Positions 42,783 to 53,039 of a stretch of 64,000 nucleotides of DNA are shown one piece after another. Within the stretch, counting starts at the first letter, position 1. The number at the start of each line of letters is the position of its first letter. The notes beneath the pieces were generated by a model. That model saw only the letters and a program-made list of their open reading frames with translations. It did no database searches and was not told the origin of the DNA. The DNA comes from Thermoplasmatota archaeon (GTDB lineage Archaea > Thermoplasmatota > E2 > JACPAO01 > JAHFTW01). The translations under genes were made by a program, and so were the position numbers. The stretch lies in NCBI GenBank assembly GCA_041601615.1, contig JBFIHX010000004.1, positions 128,001 to 192,000 on the forward strand. Reading direction: 5' to 3'.

Positions 42783-43475
42783 TTACCAACCCTTCCCATC
42801 CACCGCATGCAGCACCTCTCGGGAGTCGGTGATGATGCAATCGATGCCTAGTTCTACGAGGTGCCGGGCGCGGTCGGGGTCGTTGACGGTCCAGCAACCA
42901 ATTTTGTAGCCACGGCGTCGCATTTCGGCCAGCGTGTCGTCGGTGAGGCCGTCGTGGTCGGGATTGATCCAGGCGCAACTGAACTTGTCTGCCTCTTCGA
43001 GGTCTTCCACGTCGAGGCGGCCGAGCACGATGAGGCCGCGTTGCAGTTCCGGGATGCGCTCGAGGGCACGCTGGAGCGCCTTTGGGTACATGCTGCTAAG
43101 CAAGGTGCGCGCCACGAGGCCGTGGTGTTCGATGAGATCAAGTGTCGCGTCCGTGGCGTTGGCTTGCTTGATTTCCACGTTCCACAGGCCGTCAAAATCG
43201 GCGAGCTCCGAAAACAAGTCGTCTAGGCGGGGCACGGGGCCAGCGCCGGTGTCGTAGCTGCGCAATTCGTCGTACTTCATGTCCGCGACGCGCCCTCGGC
43301 CATTGGTGGTGCGTTCGACACCCGCATCGTGCAGCACGACCACTTCGCCGTCGCTGGTTTTTCGCACGTCCAGTTCGAGCGAGCGGAATCCTGCTTCTTT
43401 TGCGGCTAGGAAGGCTGGAATGGTGTTTTCGGGGTGCTCTGCGGAGAGGCCCCGGTGTGCGGCGGCGAAGGTCAT
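42783..43475 (-). CDS. Glycerophosphodiester phosphodiesterase
   Basis: AHRG...PENT, ELDV..T.DG..V.LHD, NVEIK, WTVND, IITD. Confidence 0.92.
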   Translation of the reverse strand: MTFAAAHRGLSAEHPENTIPAFLAAKEAGFRSLELDVRKTSDGEVVVLHDAGVERTTNGRGRVADMKYDELRSYDTGAGPVPRLDDLFSELADFDGLWNVEIKQANATDATLDLIEHHGLVARTLLSSMYPKALQRALERIPELQRGLIVLGRLDVEDLEEADKFSCAWINPDHDGLTDDTLAEMRRRGYKIGCWTVNDPDRARHLVELGIDCIITDSREVLHAVDGKGW

Positions 43476-44416
43476 GCCTCGATGTCCTCCCGGCCGTCGA
43501 GGCGCCAGGCGCTGCCTTGGACGACCTGCATGTGCGGGAAGGCGATGTTGATGCCCTTCTTGCGGAATGTGTCGTGCGTTTGGTGGACAAGGTCGGTGTA
43601 GACCTTGATGGCGCTGCTGCGGATGGGCTCCACGTAGAAGCGCAAGACGAGGTCGACGCTGCTGGGGCCAAATCCTTGGGTGACGGCGCTGGGTGCCGGG
43701 TCCTTGAGCACATCCGGGTGCGCCTTGGCGAGCTCCACCAATGTTTGCATGGCGGTGCCAAGGTGGCTGCCGTACTCGATGCCTACCATGAGTTTGCGGC
43801 GGAGTTTTCGCGCGGCGGTGAAATTCTTGACTTTGGTTCCTTCGACTAGGCGGTTGGGGATGGTGACTTTCTCGTTGTCGAAGGTCAGAATCGTGGTGGC
43901 GCCGAGGGCCACGTCTTCCACGGTGCCTTCCACGCCGTCGATGTCCACCCAGTCCCCGATGTCAAAGGGATGGTTGTAGAAAATCAGGAAGCCTGCAATC
44001 ACGTCGCCGATGGTGTCGGCTGCGGCAAGGCCCACAACAATGCCCGCAAATCCAGCCCCCGCCAGGAGCGTCGAGAACGCCGTTTGCAAGCCCCATACGG
44101 CCAACAAGGCAATGGAGGTGACCACGAGCATTACAAGCCGAATGGACAGACGCATCGGTTTCGTGCGGCCGACCATCACCTTACGCTGGTAATCGTCCAG
44201 GCGGCGCATGCGGGCGATACGGTCGGCGCTGCGCGTTAGGGCGCGATCGGCGGCCTTGACGACGAGCCATGTCAGGACCAAGACGAGACCGGTTCCGATG
44301 AGGCGGGCTAGAAACGAGTTCTCGGCGATCCAACATTCAATCGCCGTCGAACAGGCGTTCGCCACGGCAGAAACGCCAGAATCGGGCGGCGCCGTCGCGT
44401 TCAAGTGGCTAACCAC
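43472..44416 (-). CDS. mscS: Small-conductance mechanosensitive channel family
   Basis: G.AGIVVGLA, PFDIGDWV, VTIPN, GINIAFP; start uncertain. Confidence 0.88.
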   Translation of the reverse strand: MVSHLNATAPPDSGVSAVANACSTAIECWIAENSFLARLIGTGLVLVLTWLVVKAADRALTRSADRIARMRRLDDYQRKVMVGRTKPMRLSIRLVMLVVTSIALLAVWGLQTAFSTLLAGAGFAGIVVGLAAADTIGDVIAGFLIFYNHPFDIGDWVDIDGVEGTVEDVALGATTILTFDNEKVTIPNRLVEGTKVKNFTAARKLRRKLMVGIEYGSHLGTAMQTLVELAKAHPDVLKDPAPSAVTQGFGPSSVDLVLRFYVEPIRSSAIKVYTDLVHQTHDTFRKKGINIAFPHMQVVQGSAWRLDGREDIEA

Positions 44417-44613
44417 AAGACACGCACGCCTTGGCCTGCTCTTATCGCTGACGCACAGAGTTTCGAAGCGCGAATTTCTGTCGGCAATGGCCGAAAATTG
44501 CATCGGTGGGCCACCTGCACGGGCCAAAGGGGATAAAGGTGGGAATTCTATGGAACGAACAACGCCCCCCGAGCGCCCGCGCCCGGGGTGAACCTGTTCA
44601 CGGAGACGATGTC

Positions 44614-45744
44614 ATGTCAGGATTGGAAGGAGTCACCGCAGCCGAAAGCAGCATCTGTTTCATCGACGGCCAGAAGGGCATCCTGTCCTACCGAGGCTAC
44701 GACATCAACGAATTGGCACCCAACGCCACGTTCGAAGAGGTCGTGTACCTTCTGTGGGAAGGGCGCCTGCCCACCGTCGATGAGTTGGATGCCCTCAAAG
44801 CCCAGCTTGCTAGCAAACGCAGTCTGCCCCCCGCCGCCGTCGCGGTCCTAAAGCAGGTCGCAGACAAAATGGGGCCCATGGATGCCCTGCGCACCACCGT
44901 GAGTGCGCTAAGCGCCGGCACCGACGACGCGGACGCATTCGACGTGCCCACGGACCGCCGCAAGGCCGTCTCCACCACCGCGCAGCTTGCAACCATCGTC
45001 GCGCACTACCACCGCCTGCGCCGTGGCCTCCCCGTTGTGGAGCCGGATGCAAGCCTTGGACACGCCGCGAACTTCTTGTGGATGCTCAACGGCAAGAAAC
45101 CCACGCCCGCCGCCGAGCGCGCCATGGATGTGGCATTGATTCTGCACGCAGACCACGACCTGAACGCCTCCACGTTCTCGGCCCGTGTCACGGCTGCCAC
45201 CCTTTCCGACTTCCACAGCGCCATGACCAGCGCCATTGGAACGCTCAAGGGCCCGCTGCACGGCGGCGCCAACATTGGCGTCATGAAGATGCTGCTGGAT
45301 ATTGACGAAAGCGGCGAAGACGTCACCGCGCACATCAAGGGAATGCTGTCGCGCAAGGAACGCGTCATGGGCTTTGGCCACCGCGTCTACAAGACCCTTG
45401 ATCCTCGCGCCGTCCACCTCGAACGCCTCTCCAAGGACCTCGCCGAGCAAGCGGGCGACATGAAGTGGTACGACATGAGCCTCGCCATCCAGCAGACCGT
45501 CAAGGCCGAAAAGGGCCTCGACGCCAACGTGGATTTCTTCTCGGCGTCCTCGTACTACACCATGGGCATCCCACTGGATTTGTACACGCCCATCTTCGCC
45601 ATCGCGCGCGTCGCGGGCTGGGCGGCACACGTCTTGGAACAGCACGAGAACAACCGCCTCATCCGGCCCCTGTCGGACTACACCGGCAAAATGGGCCTCA
45701 AGTGGGTGCCCGTCGAAGCCCGCGCCCCCACTGTCGGAGTCTAG
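44614..45744 (+). CDS. Citrate synthase / 2-methylcitrate synthase family
   Basis: GLEGV, L.YRGY, DHDLNASTF, GPLHGGAN, GFGHRVY, NVDF. Confidence 0.93.
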   Translation: MSGLEGVTAAESSICFIDGQKGILSYRGYDINELAPNATFEEVVYLLWEGRLPTVDELDALKAQLASKRSLPPAAVAVLKQVADKMGPMDALRTTVSALSAGTDDADAFDVPTDRRKAVSTTAQLATIVAHYHRLRRGLPVVEPDASLGHAANFLWMLNGKKPTPAAERAMDVALILHADHDLNASTFSARVTAATLSDFHSAMTSAIGTLKGPLHGGANIGVMKMLLDIDESGEDVTAHIKGMLSRKERVMGFGHRVYKTLDPRAVHLERLSKDLAEQAGDMKWYDMSLAIQQTVKAEKGLDANVDFFSASSYYTMGIPLDLYTPIFAIARVAGWAAHVLEQHENNRLIRPLSDYTGKMGLKWVPVEARAPTVGV

Positions 45745-45746
45745 GA

Positions 45747-46070
45747 ATGTCTGCGGACGTGCAAGCGGCGGTGTATGCCCTCATCGGCAAACAGCGCAAC
45801 TGGTCCACTTCTCGCGGCAAACCCTTCGAAATCTGGCTGGCTCCCGAGGGCGGCGTGAGGACGCTCCCTGGCACGGGCAACCAAAAACAGTACGGCGGCT
45901 CCCGCGAACACGTCACCAAGGTCCTCGGCTACTTCGAGAGCGCCCGATTGGTCGGCGCGCAGCTTCGCGTCGGTCACGGTCGAAAAAGCGGCCTCGCAAG
46001 CTACCTGTTTCCGTTGTACCTGGAAGCGTGCCGTCGCCACGATTGGCCGGTGCGAGTCCATGGTGCCTAG
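45747..46070 (+). CDS. Hypothetical basic protein, 107 aa
   Basis: Fills the gap co-directionally with typical codon usage. Confidence 0.5.
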   Translation: MSADVQAAVYALIGKQRNWSTSRGKPFEIWLAPEGGVRTLPGTGNQKQYGGSREHVTKVLGYFESARLVGAQLRVGHGRKSGLASYLFPLYLEACRRHDWPVRVHGA

Positions 46071-47046
46071 GACTCGGGCACACGTTGGCCTCTGCGCGCT
46101 CCTCCTTCTACCGGCCCTCTCCGGCTGCATCGCCTGGCCCAACGAGGAGTCCCAAGCCACCGCATTTGATGCACTCGCCGAGGCCCCCACCTGGCAGATT
46201 GGTCAATGGTGGGACATCGACTTGCACCACGAGCGCACCGGCAACGACGTGTCGCTGCGCCGAGTGGTGGCCGGGCACGACGGCGACCACTGGTTCGTCG
46301 GCATGCCCGTGGACGCATTCGTAGAATACGCACTCATCATGCACGTTCCTGCCCTCGGCGACCTCTGGGGTCCCGGCCTAGGATTCGATGCGCACGACCG
46401 CCCCATCGAATGGCTGCGATTCCCGCTGCACAACGAAACCACCTGGACCACCTCCTTCTACTGGGCACCCAACGAACGAGTCACAGCCACCGTCGAACGC
46501 ACCGGCACCCACACCGCCACGGTCCACATGGACGGCACCCGCCCCATCATCATGGACTACGACGCCCGCGTCGGCGCGGCGGTGCATGTGCGCATCGAAG
46601 GCTACGTCGAGTGGTGGGTGCGCGACTGGGGCTATGGCCACGAAGGCACCGTGCGTGTCCCCGTGGACCAAGACCTCGTCTTCTACCACGGCCGCAGCAG
46701 CCAAGACTTCACGGGCAACCCCAATGTCGCGCCAGGCTTGGAACTCCAGGACATCCGGCTCGGCGCCCACGACCGCGCAAGTTTCGCACTCTTGCTCTAC
46801 GATGCTCGCCCAGACGCAGACACCATCGGGCACGCCGACATTCGAGCAAGTGTGACGGCCCCCGACGGCACCCAATTTACCGCCGAAAAAGGGGCAACCA
46901 CCACGGGCGACGTGCTGATTCCGTTTGGGCACGGCCCCGTCGAAGGCACCTGGTACTTGCAAGCAACCGTGGCCGGCGCCGGCAGCGCCTTGCTGGAGGG
47001 CATTGCGTACAACATCCTCGACGTGCCCCTCCGGTCGCAGGATTGA
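46060..47046 (+). CDS. Lipoprotein of unknown function
   Basis: LLLPALSGC lipobox; P.W.IGQWW beta-rich domain. Confidence 0.75.
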   Translation: MVPRTRAHVGLCALLLLPALSGCIAWPNEESQATAFDALAEAPTWQIGQWWDIDLHHERTGNDVSLRRVVAGHDGDHWFVGMPVDAFVEYALIMHVPALGDLWGPGLGFDAHDRPIEWLRFPLHNETTWTTSFYWAPNERVTATVERTGTHTATVHMDGTRPIIMDYDARVGAAVHVRIEGYVEWWVRDWGYGHEGTVRVPVDQDLVFYHGRSSQDFTGNPNVAPGLELQDIRLGAHDRASFALLLYDARPDADTIGHADIRASVTAPDGTQFTAEKGATTTGDVLIPFGHGPVEGTWYLQATVAGAGSALLEGIAYNILDVPLRSQD

Positions 47047-47072
47047 AGGCACGGGCTCCGGTCGTCGACCCG

Positions 47073-48092
47073 ATGAAGGCCGCTTACTTTGCCGAGCACG
47101 GGGGACTCGACACGCTCCAAATCGGAACATTGCCCGACCCCGAACTTGGCCCCGACGATGTGCGCGTACAAGTGAAGGCCGCCGCCCTCAACCATCTTGA
47201 TTTGTTCGTACGCGAAGGTTGGCCCGGCCTCAAACTGCCCCTCCCCCACGTGGGCGGCACGGACCTTGCAGGAATCGTCTCCGAGGTCGGCGCCAACGTG
47301 CAAGGAGTCGCCGTCGGAGACGGGGTGCTTGTCAACCCGGGCCTGAACTTCGAGGCCGACGAGGACGGTCGACTCATCGTGCCGCCCCACCCAGACATCA
47401 TCGGCGAAACGCGCTGGGGCGGACTCGCCACGCACTGCGTCGTCCCGGCAAGCCATGTCCTTGCCAAACCGGCCTCGTGGACATGGGAAGAAGCCGCCGC
47501 CGTGCCGCTCACAAGCCTGACCGCCATGCAAATGCTCAGAAAAGCCGGAGCCCGCAAAGGCCACAACGTTCTCGTGGTGGGCGGCGGCGGAGGCGTTGCC
47601 GTGATGGCGATCCAGCTTGCCAAGGCCCTCGGATGCACCGTCTACGCCACGACCGGCGGACCCGAGAAGGTCCAGAAAGTCCAGGAACTCGGCGCCGACC
47701 ACGTCATCGACTACAAAGCCGACCAAGATTGGTGGAAAACGGTCTACGGCCTCAGTGGCAAACAAGGCATGGACATCGTCGTGGACAGCGTCGGAGCCGC
47801 AACTTGGGAACTGAGCTTGCGAACACTGCGCAACGGTGGCCGACTCGTCACCTGCGGCGCCACCACCGGACCCATGGGCAAAACCAACATCCAACTCGTC
47901 TTCTGGAAGCAACTAAGCATCCTAGGCAGCACCATGGGCACGCCCCAGGACCTACAAGACGCGCTGGCGCTCCTCGAATCGGGCCAAATTCGCCCCGTCA
48001 TTGACAGCATCTGGAGCCTCGACGACACCGCCGAAGCACAGGCACGAATGGATGCAGGGCACCACTTTGGCAAAATCATCATCATGCCATGA
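47073..48092 (+). CDS. MDR family NAD(P)-dependent oxidoreductase (quinone oxidoreductase-like)
   Basis: AALNHLD, GGGGGVA, GGRLVTCGATTG, ILGSTMG, HFGKI. Confidence 0.9.
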   Translation: MKAAYFAEHGGLDTLQIGTLPDPELGPDDVRVQVKAAALNHLDLFVREGWPGLKLPLPHVGGTDLAGIVSEVGANVQGVAVGDGVLVNPGLNFEADEDGRLIVPPHPDIIGETRWGGLATHCVVPASHVLAKPASWTWEEAAAVPLTSLTAMQMLRKAGARKGHNVLVVGGGGGVAVMAIQLAKALGCTVYATTGGPEKVQKVQELGADHVIDYKADQDWWKTVYGLSGKQGMDIVVDSVGAATWELSLRTLRNGGRLVTCGATTGPMGKTNIQLVFWKQLSILGSTMGTPQDLQDALALLESGQIRPVIDSIWSLDDTAEAQARMDAGHHFGKIIIMP

Positions 48093-48128
48093 AGCGCATA
48101 GCGCCCCCAACAACCGCGACGAGCCCCT

Positions 48129-48575
48129 TCAGCGCTTCTTGCGGCGACGCAGATCCCAAATGGGCTGCCCCGTCCGATACAACGGCCGATGGTGCCCGCG
48201 CTTTTCGACGAGACCCACTTCCGTGAGGGCGCCCAAGTGCCGGCTTAGTACACGCCGACTCAAGTGCGTCTCCGCCACAAGATCACAAAGACTGGTGTCC
48301 CCCGCCGTCTCCAAGTGGGCCAGCAAACTGCGGGTCTCCGGATCTCGAAGGGTTGCCAAACACTCCCGAACTCGCTCGGGAACATCCACGGAGAACAACG
48401 CCACGCGCCCCCGGTGCCGACTGATGGCCACATGGCCCTCCCGTTCTAACCGGTACAGATGGTGCGTCGTCGTGCCCCAGCCGACATCCAGCCCTTGACA
48501 AACCTCAATCTTGGCGGCACCCGGGTTCTCTCGAACAAATGCAATGATTCGGTCCCGCGTGGAACCATCGTTCAT
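48129..48575 (-). CDS. Tandem winged-helix transcription regulator
   Basis: RDRII.FVRENPG...WGTTTHHL.RLEREG; second HTH LSRHL..L.EVGLV. Confidence 0.8.
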   Translation of the reverse strand: MNDGSTRDRIIAFVRENPGAAKIEVCQGLDVGWGTTTHHLYRLEREGHVAISRHRGRVALFSVDVPERVRECLATLRDPETRSLLAHLETAGDTSLCDLVAETHLSRRVLSRHLGALTEVGLVEKRGHHRPLYRTGQPIWDLRRRKKR

Positions 48576-49945
48576 GCATACACCCCGGCCGATGTGTCGT
48601 CTGGACTCGGAACCAAGGCACGCAAACGGGGGAATCGGGACAGCTCCACCACCAGAGACGGGTTTTCTCCAAGTGCATCGCGCAGCGACACTCGGGCCTC
48701 ATCTTCGCGGTCGAGTTCATTCAGTGCATGGGCACGCAGAAACTCCGCCATTCCGTCCTTGGGGCGTACGTCATCGGGCAAATCCTCCAGGTAGCGCAGC
48801 GCCACGGCCGAGCGACCCAGCGCCAGTAGCGCCACGGTCTTCATGACGGCGACAGATTCACTGCGCGTGCGCTTCATGGCACCGTCCGCTTGGCGCACCA
48901 CGCGCCTGTATGCATGGGCGTCCATTCCCTGCAACAAAGTCGGGATGGAGACCTGTCGGCGCGACCGCAACCACAAGACGAGCCCGGCGGCGACAAGCAC
49001 CAGCAACGGGAGTCCCAGCGCGTAGCTTGTCTTGGCCGAGGGAAGGGAAATGATGGTCGCTGCCGGCTCGGGAGACATGTCTTGGAGCCGCAATTGGTCG
49101 TGGTCCACGTCGGCAAGCAACGAGAACCCGGCCAAATCTAGATTCGAACCGTCCAGAAGCAAATTCTTGTAGACGCCACGCGCATCATACAGGACGGCCT
49201 CGGTCCCAGAAATGAGCGTGGGCCCCGCCATGAATGCGCGAACGGCGGCAGTGCTGGGCACTTGGACCGTGAGTGAGCCATTGGTGACAAACAAGGTATG
49301 GTACACCTCGCGTTTTCCGGTGTGGACCAAGCCGCCGGGCTGGACCTCATCGACGAAGGTGCCACCCTCGTAGGAAACAGCTCCTTGCGCATCCTCGCCC
49401 GCTAGGTTTGCCGCCCAAAGCCGGACGGTGAAGTCACCTTGAAACTGCAAGACGCCCTCTTCGGCATCAAATTGCATGAGACCAAGTACTGGGTAGCTCC
49501 AGCCTTCGTACGCTCCGGGCGGTGTGACGCGGGCAGATTCGATGGCATGGGATGCAGGAGCGACGACCACATCACTGAGGTCAATGTTTGCTGCAAGAAC
49601 ACGAGGGTGCCCCGTCAGAAACAGCATTGAGGTGTCCTCGAACATCCATCCGTCCAATTGCACGTTCCTGTGCTGGTCATAGGTGGTGCTGTCCGTGTGG
49701 TTGGATCGACTCTGCCCCAGAACGCCCGGCCCGTAGGACTGGGTGAGGGTTTCTGTCCTGAGCTCTTGGGCTTGCAGTTGGAAACGAGTTTGATTGGCAC
49801 CCCAGACCTGCATGGCGTTGGCGGGTCCTTCCCCATGCAGCAGTCCTGCTTCTAGGAACGTGCCCGTGCCGTCCGTGGGCGCGCCAGCCACGAGAGGGGC
49901 CAGCAGAAGTGGCAGCAATGCCAGGGCAACAAACGCAGTTCGCAT
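48572..49945 (-). CDS. Single-pass membrane protein with beta-rich ectodomain and TPR-like cytoplasmic tail
   Basis: Signal peptide; TM LGLPLLVLVAAGLVLWLRSRR; helical pattern RAHALNELDREDEARVSLRDAL. Confidence 0.7.
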   Translation of the reverse strand: MRTAFVALALLPLLLAPLVAGAPTDGTGTFLEAGLLHGEGPANAMQVWGANQTRFQLQAQELRTETLTQSYGPGVLGQSRSNHTDSTTYDQHRNVQLDGWMFEDTSMLFLTGHPRVLAANIDLSDVVVAPASHAIESARVTPPGAYEGWSYPVLGLMQFDAEEGVLQFQGDFTVRLWAANLAGEDAQGAVSYEGGTFVDEVQPGGLVHTGKREVYHTLFVTNGSLTVQVPSTAAVRAFMAGPTLISGTEAVLYDARGVYKNLLLDGSNLDLAGFSLLADVDHDQLRLQDMSPEPAATIISLPSAKTSYALGLPLLVLVAAGLVLWLRSRRQVSIPTLLQGMDAHAYRRVVRQADGAMKRTRSESVAVMKTVALLALGRSAVALRYLEDLPDDVRPKDGMAEFLRAHALNELDREDEARVSLRDALGENPSLVVELSRFPRLRALVPSPDDTSAGVYA

Positions 49946-49950
49946 GGAGT

Positions 49951-50409
49951 TCACGGAGGAAGGGCTTGACTTGCAACTTCGCGCACCGTTCGTTGTAAGG
50001 TCTTGGGCACCACGGGGATGATTGGGATGCACTCGGCCCGCACGGTTTGGTACGGAGGGGATGAGGAGTCTACCAGCATTTGACAACCCCCATGATAGAG
50101 GTTGCTGATGGAAACATAACCATCTGCTTCGGCATAGATCCAATAGGTCGCCGTGAGGTTGACCTCTGCTTCCACATAGGTTTCCTGGGACACGTTCAGA
50201 GAAATCGCTTCCCGGCCATCCTTGTTTTCTCGGATGAGCTTGAGAACGTCTGGTATGCCTCCCGTGATGGTCCACTGCAAGACAAGCTCCGTATCGCTTT
50301 CACCCCAGAGCACAATCACGAGTGGCTGCGGCCCTCCCTCGGCCGCTACACTTGGGGCTGTAGTCATGGACAAGACGAGCAGGAGGCAGGCGCTGGACGA
50401 GAGGCGCAT
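49951..50409 (-). CDS. Small secreted FN3-like protein
   Basis: Signal peptide; LVLQWT...ETYVE...ATYWIYA...SISN; two C-terminal Cys. Confidence 0.6.
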   Translation of the reverse strand: MRLSSSACLLLVLSMTTAPSVAAEGGPQPLVIVLWGESDTELVLQWTITGGIPDVLKLIRENKDGREAISLNVSQETYVEAEVNLTATYWIYAEADGYVSISNLYHGGCQMLVDSSSPPYQTVRAECIPIIPVVPKTLQRTVREVASQALPP

Positions 50410-50778
50410 GGCGGACACCTACTTACGAAACTGTCGAGGCTTGTATCAACTGGTTGGATACGGTTGGTTCACTGCGTCTGGTTTTTATACGAACGCAGGC
50501 GCACCGGCAGTGGCGGATCCCTGGAATGCCCAACCCTTCTGATGAGACGCGCCGTTTCGTCGGCGACAGAGCCTTCCGGTGGGTGACGCAGGCCAAACGA
50601 GCGCCGCCGGCATGCTCCCTGGAGGCCACCCGCCGCGCCGAGGCGTTTTAGTCCGGTCGAAAACCATTGCCCCGTCCCGTCAAGGTTTATATCCAGGGGG
50701 TTTCGGCGGATTCAGGAGCCCCCAAGGAGACCGCCCCGGCCACAAGGCTTGAGCCATCCTGAGGGGAAAATCGTCACG

Positions 50779-52275
50779 ATGAGCACGGACGCGGTCAAGC
50801 AACTTGCCGAACGGGAGTACCGCTACGGCTTCACCTCCGACATCGAGGAGGACCGCGTGCCGCCAGGCTTGGACGAGGACGTGGTACGCCTCATCAGCCA
50901 CAAGAAGGGCGAGCCGGAATGGCTGCTGGCATGGCGCCTGGATGCCTACCGAGCCTGGCGCAAAATGACGCCTCCCACTTGGGCCCGCGTCACCTACCCC
51001 GCCATCGACTTCGAGGCCATCACCTACTACTCGGCGCCCAAGTCCGCAGGCAGCGGCCCCAAGAGCCTCGCGGAAGTGGACCCGGAACTGCTGGAAATGT
51101 ACGCCAAGCTCGGCATCAGCCTCACCGAGCAAAAGCGCCTGCAAGGCATCGAGCTTACCGACGAAGAAGCAGGGCGCCCGCCTGCCCCCGGCATGCCCCG
51201 TGTTGCCGTGGACGCCGTCATCGACTCCGTGTCCGTCGCCACCACGTTCAAGGACGAACTGGAAAAGCAAGGAATCATCTTCTGTTCCTTCGCCGAAGCC
51301 GTGCGCGAACACCCCGACCTGGTGCGCAAGTACCTCGGCACGGTCGTTCCCACCACGGACAACTTCTACGCCGCCCTCAACTCGGCAGTCTTCTCGGACG
51401 GCAGCTTCTGCTACATCCCCAAGGGTGTGCGCTGCCCCATGGAACTGTCCACCTACTTCCGCATCAACGCCGCCGGCACCGGCCAATTCGAGCGCACCCT
51501 GCTGATCGCCGACGAAGGCAGCTACGTCAGCTACCTCGAAGGCTGCACCGCGCCCCAACGCGACGAAAACCAACTCCACGCCGCCGTCGTGGAACTCGTG
51601 GCCCACGAGAAGGCCGAAATCAAGTACAGCACCGTGCAAAACTGGTACCCCGGCGACAAGGACGGCAAGGGAGGCATCTACAACTTCGTCACCAAGCGCG
51701 GACTTTGCGAAGGCAACGGCAGCAAAATCAGCTGGACCCAAGTGGAAACCGGCTCCGCGATTACCTGGAAGTACCCGTCCTGCATCCTCAAAGGCGACGA
51801 TTCGGTGGGCGAATTCTACAGCGTGGCACTCACCACGAACATGCAGCAAGCCGACACCGGGACCAAGATGATCCACATCGGCAAGCGCACCAGCAGCACG
51901 ATCATCAGCAAAGGCATCAGTGCTGGCAAGGGCCAGAACACCTACCGGGGCCAGGTCAAGATCCTCCCCGGCGCCGACGGGGCCCGCAACTACAGCCAAT
52001 GCGACTCGCTTCTGATCGGCGACGAATGCGGCGCCCACACCTTCCCGTTCATTGACGTGCGCAACCCGACCGCGACCATGGAGCACGAAGCCTCCACCAC
52101 CAAGGTCGGAGAAGACCAGATCTTCTACTGCAAACAACGCGGCCTGAGCGAACAAGACGCCGTCAACCTCATCGTCAACGGATTCTGCAAGTCGGTCTTC
52201 CGGCAACTGCCCATGGAATTCACCGTGGAGGCGCAGAATCTATTGAACCTCAAGCTCGAAGGAGCTGTCGGCTAG
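50779..52275 (+). CDS. sufB: Fe-S cluster assembly protein SufB
   Basis: [35 protein letters not shown]. Confidence 0.96.
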   Translation: MSTDAVKQLAEREYRYGFTSDIEEDRVPPGLDEDVVRLISHKKGEPEWLLAWRLDAYRAWRKMTPPTWARVTYPAIDFEAITYYSAPKSAGSGPKSLAEVDPELLEMYAKLGISLTEQKRLQGIELTDEEAGRPPAPGMPRVAVDAVIDSVSVATTFKDELEKQGIIFCSFAEAVREHPDLVRKYLGTVVPTTDNFYAALNSAVFSDGSFCYIPKGVRCPMELSTYFRINAAGTGQFERTLLIADEGSYVSYLEGCTAPQRDENQLHAAVVELVAHEKAEIKYSTVQNWYPGDKDGKGGIYNFVTKRGLCEGNGSKISWTQVETGSAITWKYPSCILKGDDSVGEFYSVALTTNMQQADTGTKMIHIGKRTSSTIISKGISAGKGQNTYRGQVKILPGADGARNYSQCDSLLIGDECGAHTFPFIDVRNPTATMEHEASTTKVGEDQIFYCKQRGLSEQDAVNLIVNGFCKSVFRQLPMEFTVEAQNLLNLKLEGAVG

Positions 52276-52301
52276 ACCCCCCGCCCCCCACAGGATCACC
52301 C

Positions 52302-53039
52302 ATGCTCGAAATCAACAACCTGCACGTCGAAGTGGAAGGCAAGGCCATCCTCAAGGGCCTCACCCTCAGTGTCCCCGCCGGCGAGGTCCACGCCATCATG
52401 GGCCCCAACGGTGCCGGCAAGTCCACCCTCGCCAACATCATCGCTGGAAAGGACGGCTACACGGTCACCGCCGGCAGCATCACCTACAACGGCAAGGACC
52501 TCCTGGAAATGGACCCCGAAGACCGCGCCCGCGAAGGCGTGTTTTTGGCGTTCCAATACCCCGTGGAAATCCCCGGCGTCAACAACACCTACTTCCTGCG
52601 CGAAGCGCTCAACGCCGTGCGCAAGCACCGCGGCGAGCCCGAGATGGACGCCATGGACTTCCTGGACATGGTCCAAGAGAAGGCCGACGCCATCGGCCTC
52701 AAGGACAAACTCCTGGAACGCTCCGTCAACGCCGGCTTCAGTGGCGGCGAAAAGAAGCGCAACGAAATCTTTCAGATGGCGGTGCTGGAACCGAAGCTCG
52801 CCGTCCTCGACGAGACCGACTCCGGCCTCGACATCGACGCCCTGCGCACCGTCGCCGACGGTGTGACGCACTTACGACGCCCCGACAATGCCTTCGTGGT
52901 CATCACCCACTACCAGCGATTGCTCGACCACATCATCCCCGACCGAGTGCACGTGCTGCAAGACGGCCGCATCGTCAAATCCGGCGACAAGAGCCTCGCG
53001 CTGGAGCTCGAAAAGGACGGATACGCGGATCTTGCATGA
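52302..53039 (+). CDS. sufC: Fe-S cluster assembly ATPase SufC
   Basis: GPNGAGKST, FQYPVEIPGV, GFSGGEKKR, DETDSGLD. Confidence 0.96.
   Translation: MLEINNLHVEVEGKAILKGLTLSVPAGEVHAIMGPNGAGKSTLANIIAGKDGYTVTAGSITYNGKDLLEMDPEDRAREGVFLAFQYPVEIPGVNNTYFLREALNAVRKHRGEPEMDAMDFLDMVQEKADAIGLKDKLLERSVNAGFSGGEKKRNEIFQMAVLEPKLAVLDETDSGLDIDALRTVADGVTHLRRPDNAFVVITHYQRLLDHIIPDRVHVLQDGRIVKSGDKSLALELEKDGYADLA

Noticed and set aside
50532-50688. Hammerhead-like CTGATGA-GAC...GTC-GAAA upstream of sufB
   Set aside because: Stem III cannot form, there is an extra A, and stem II would enclose over 100 nt; probably chance
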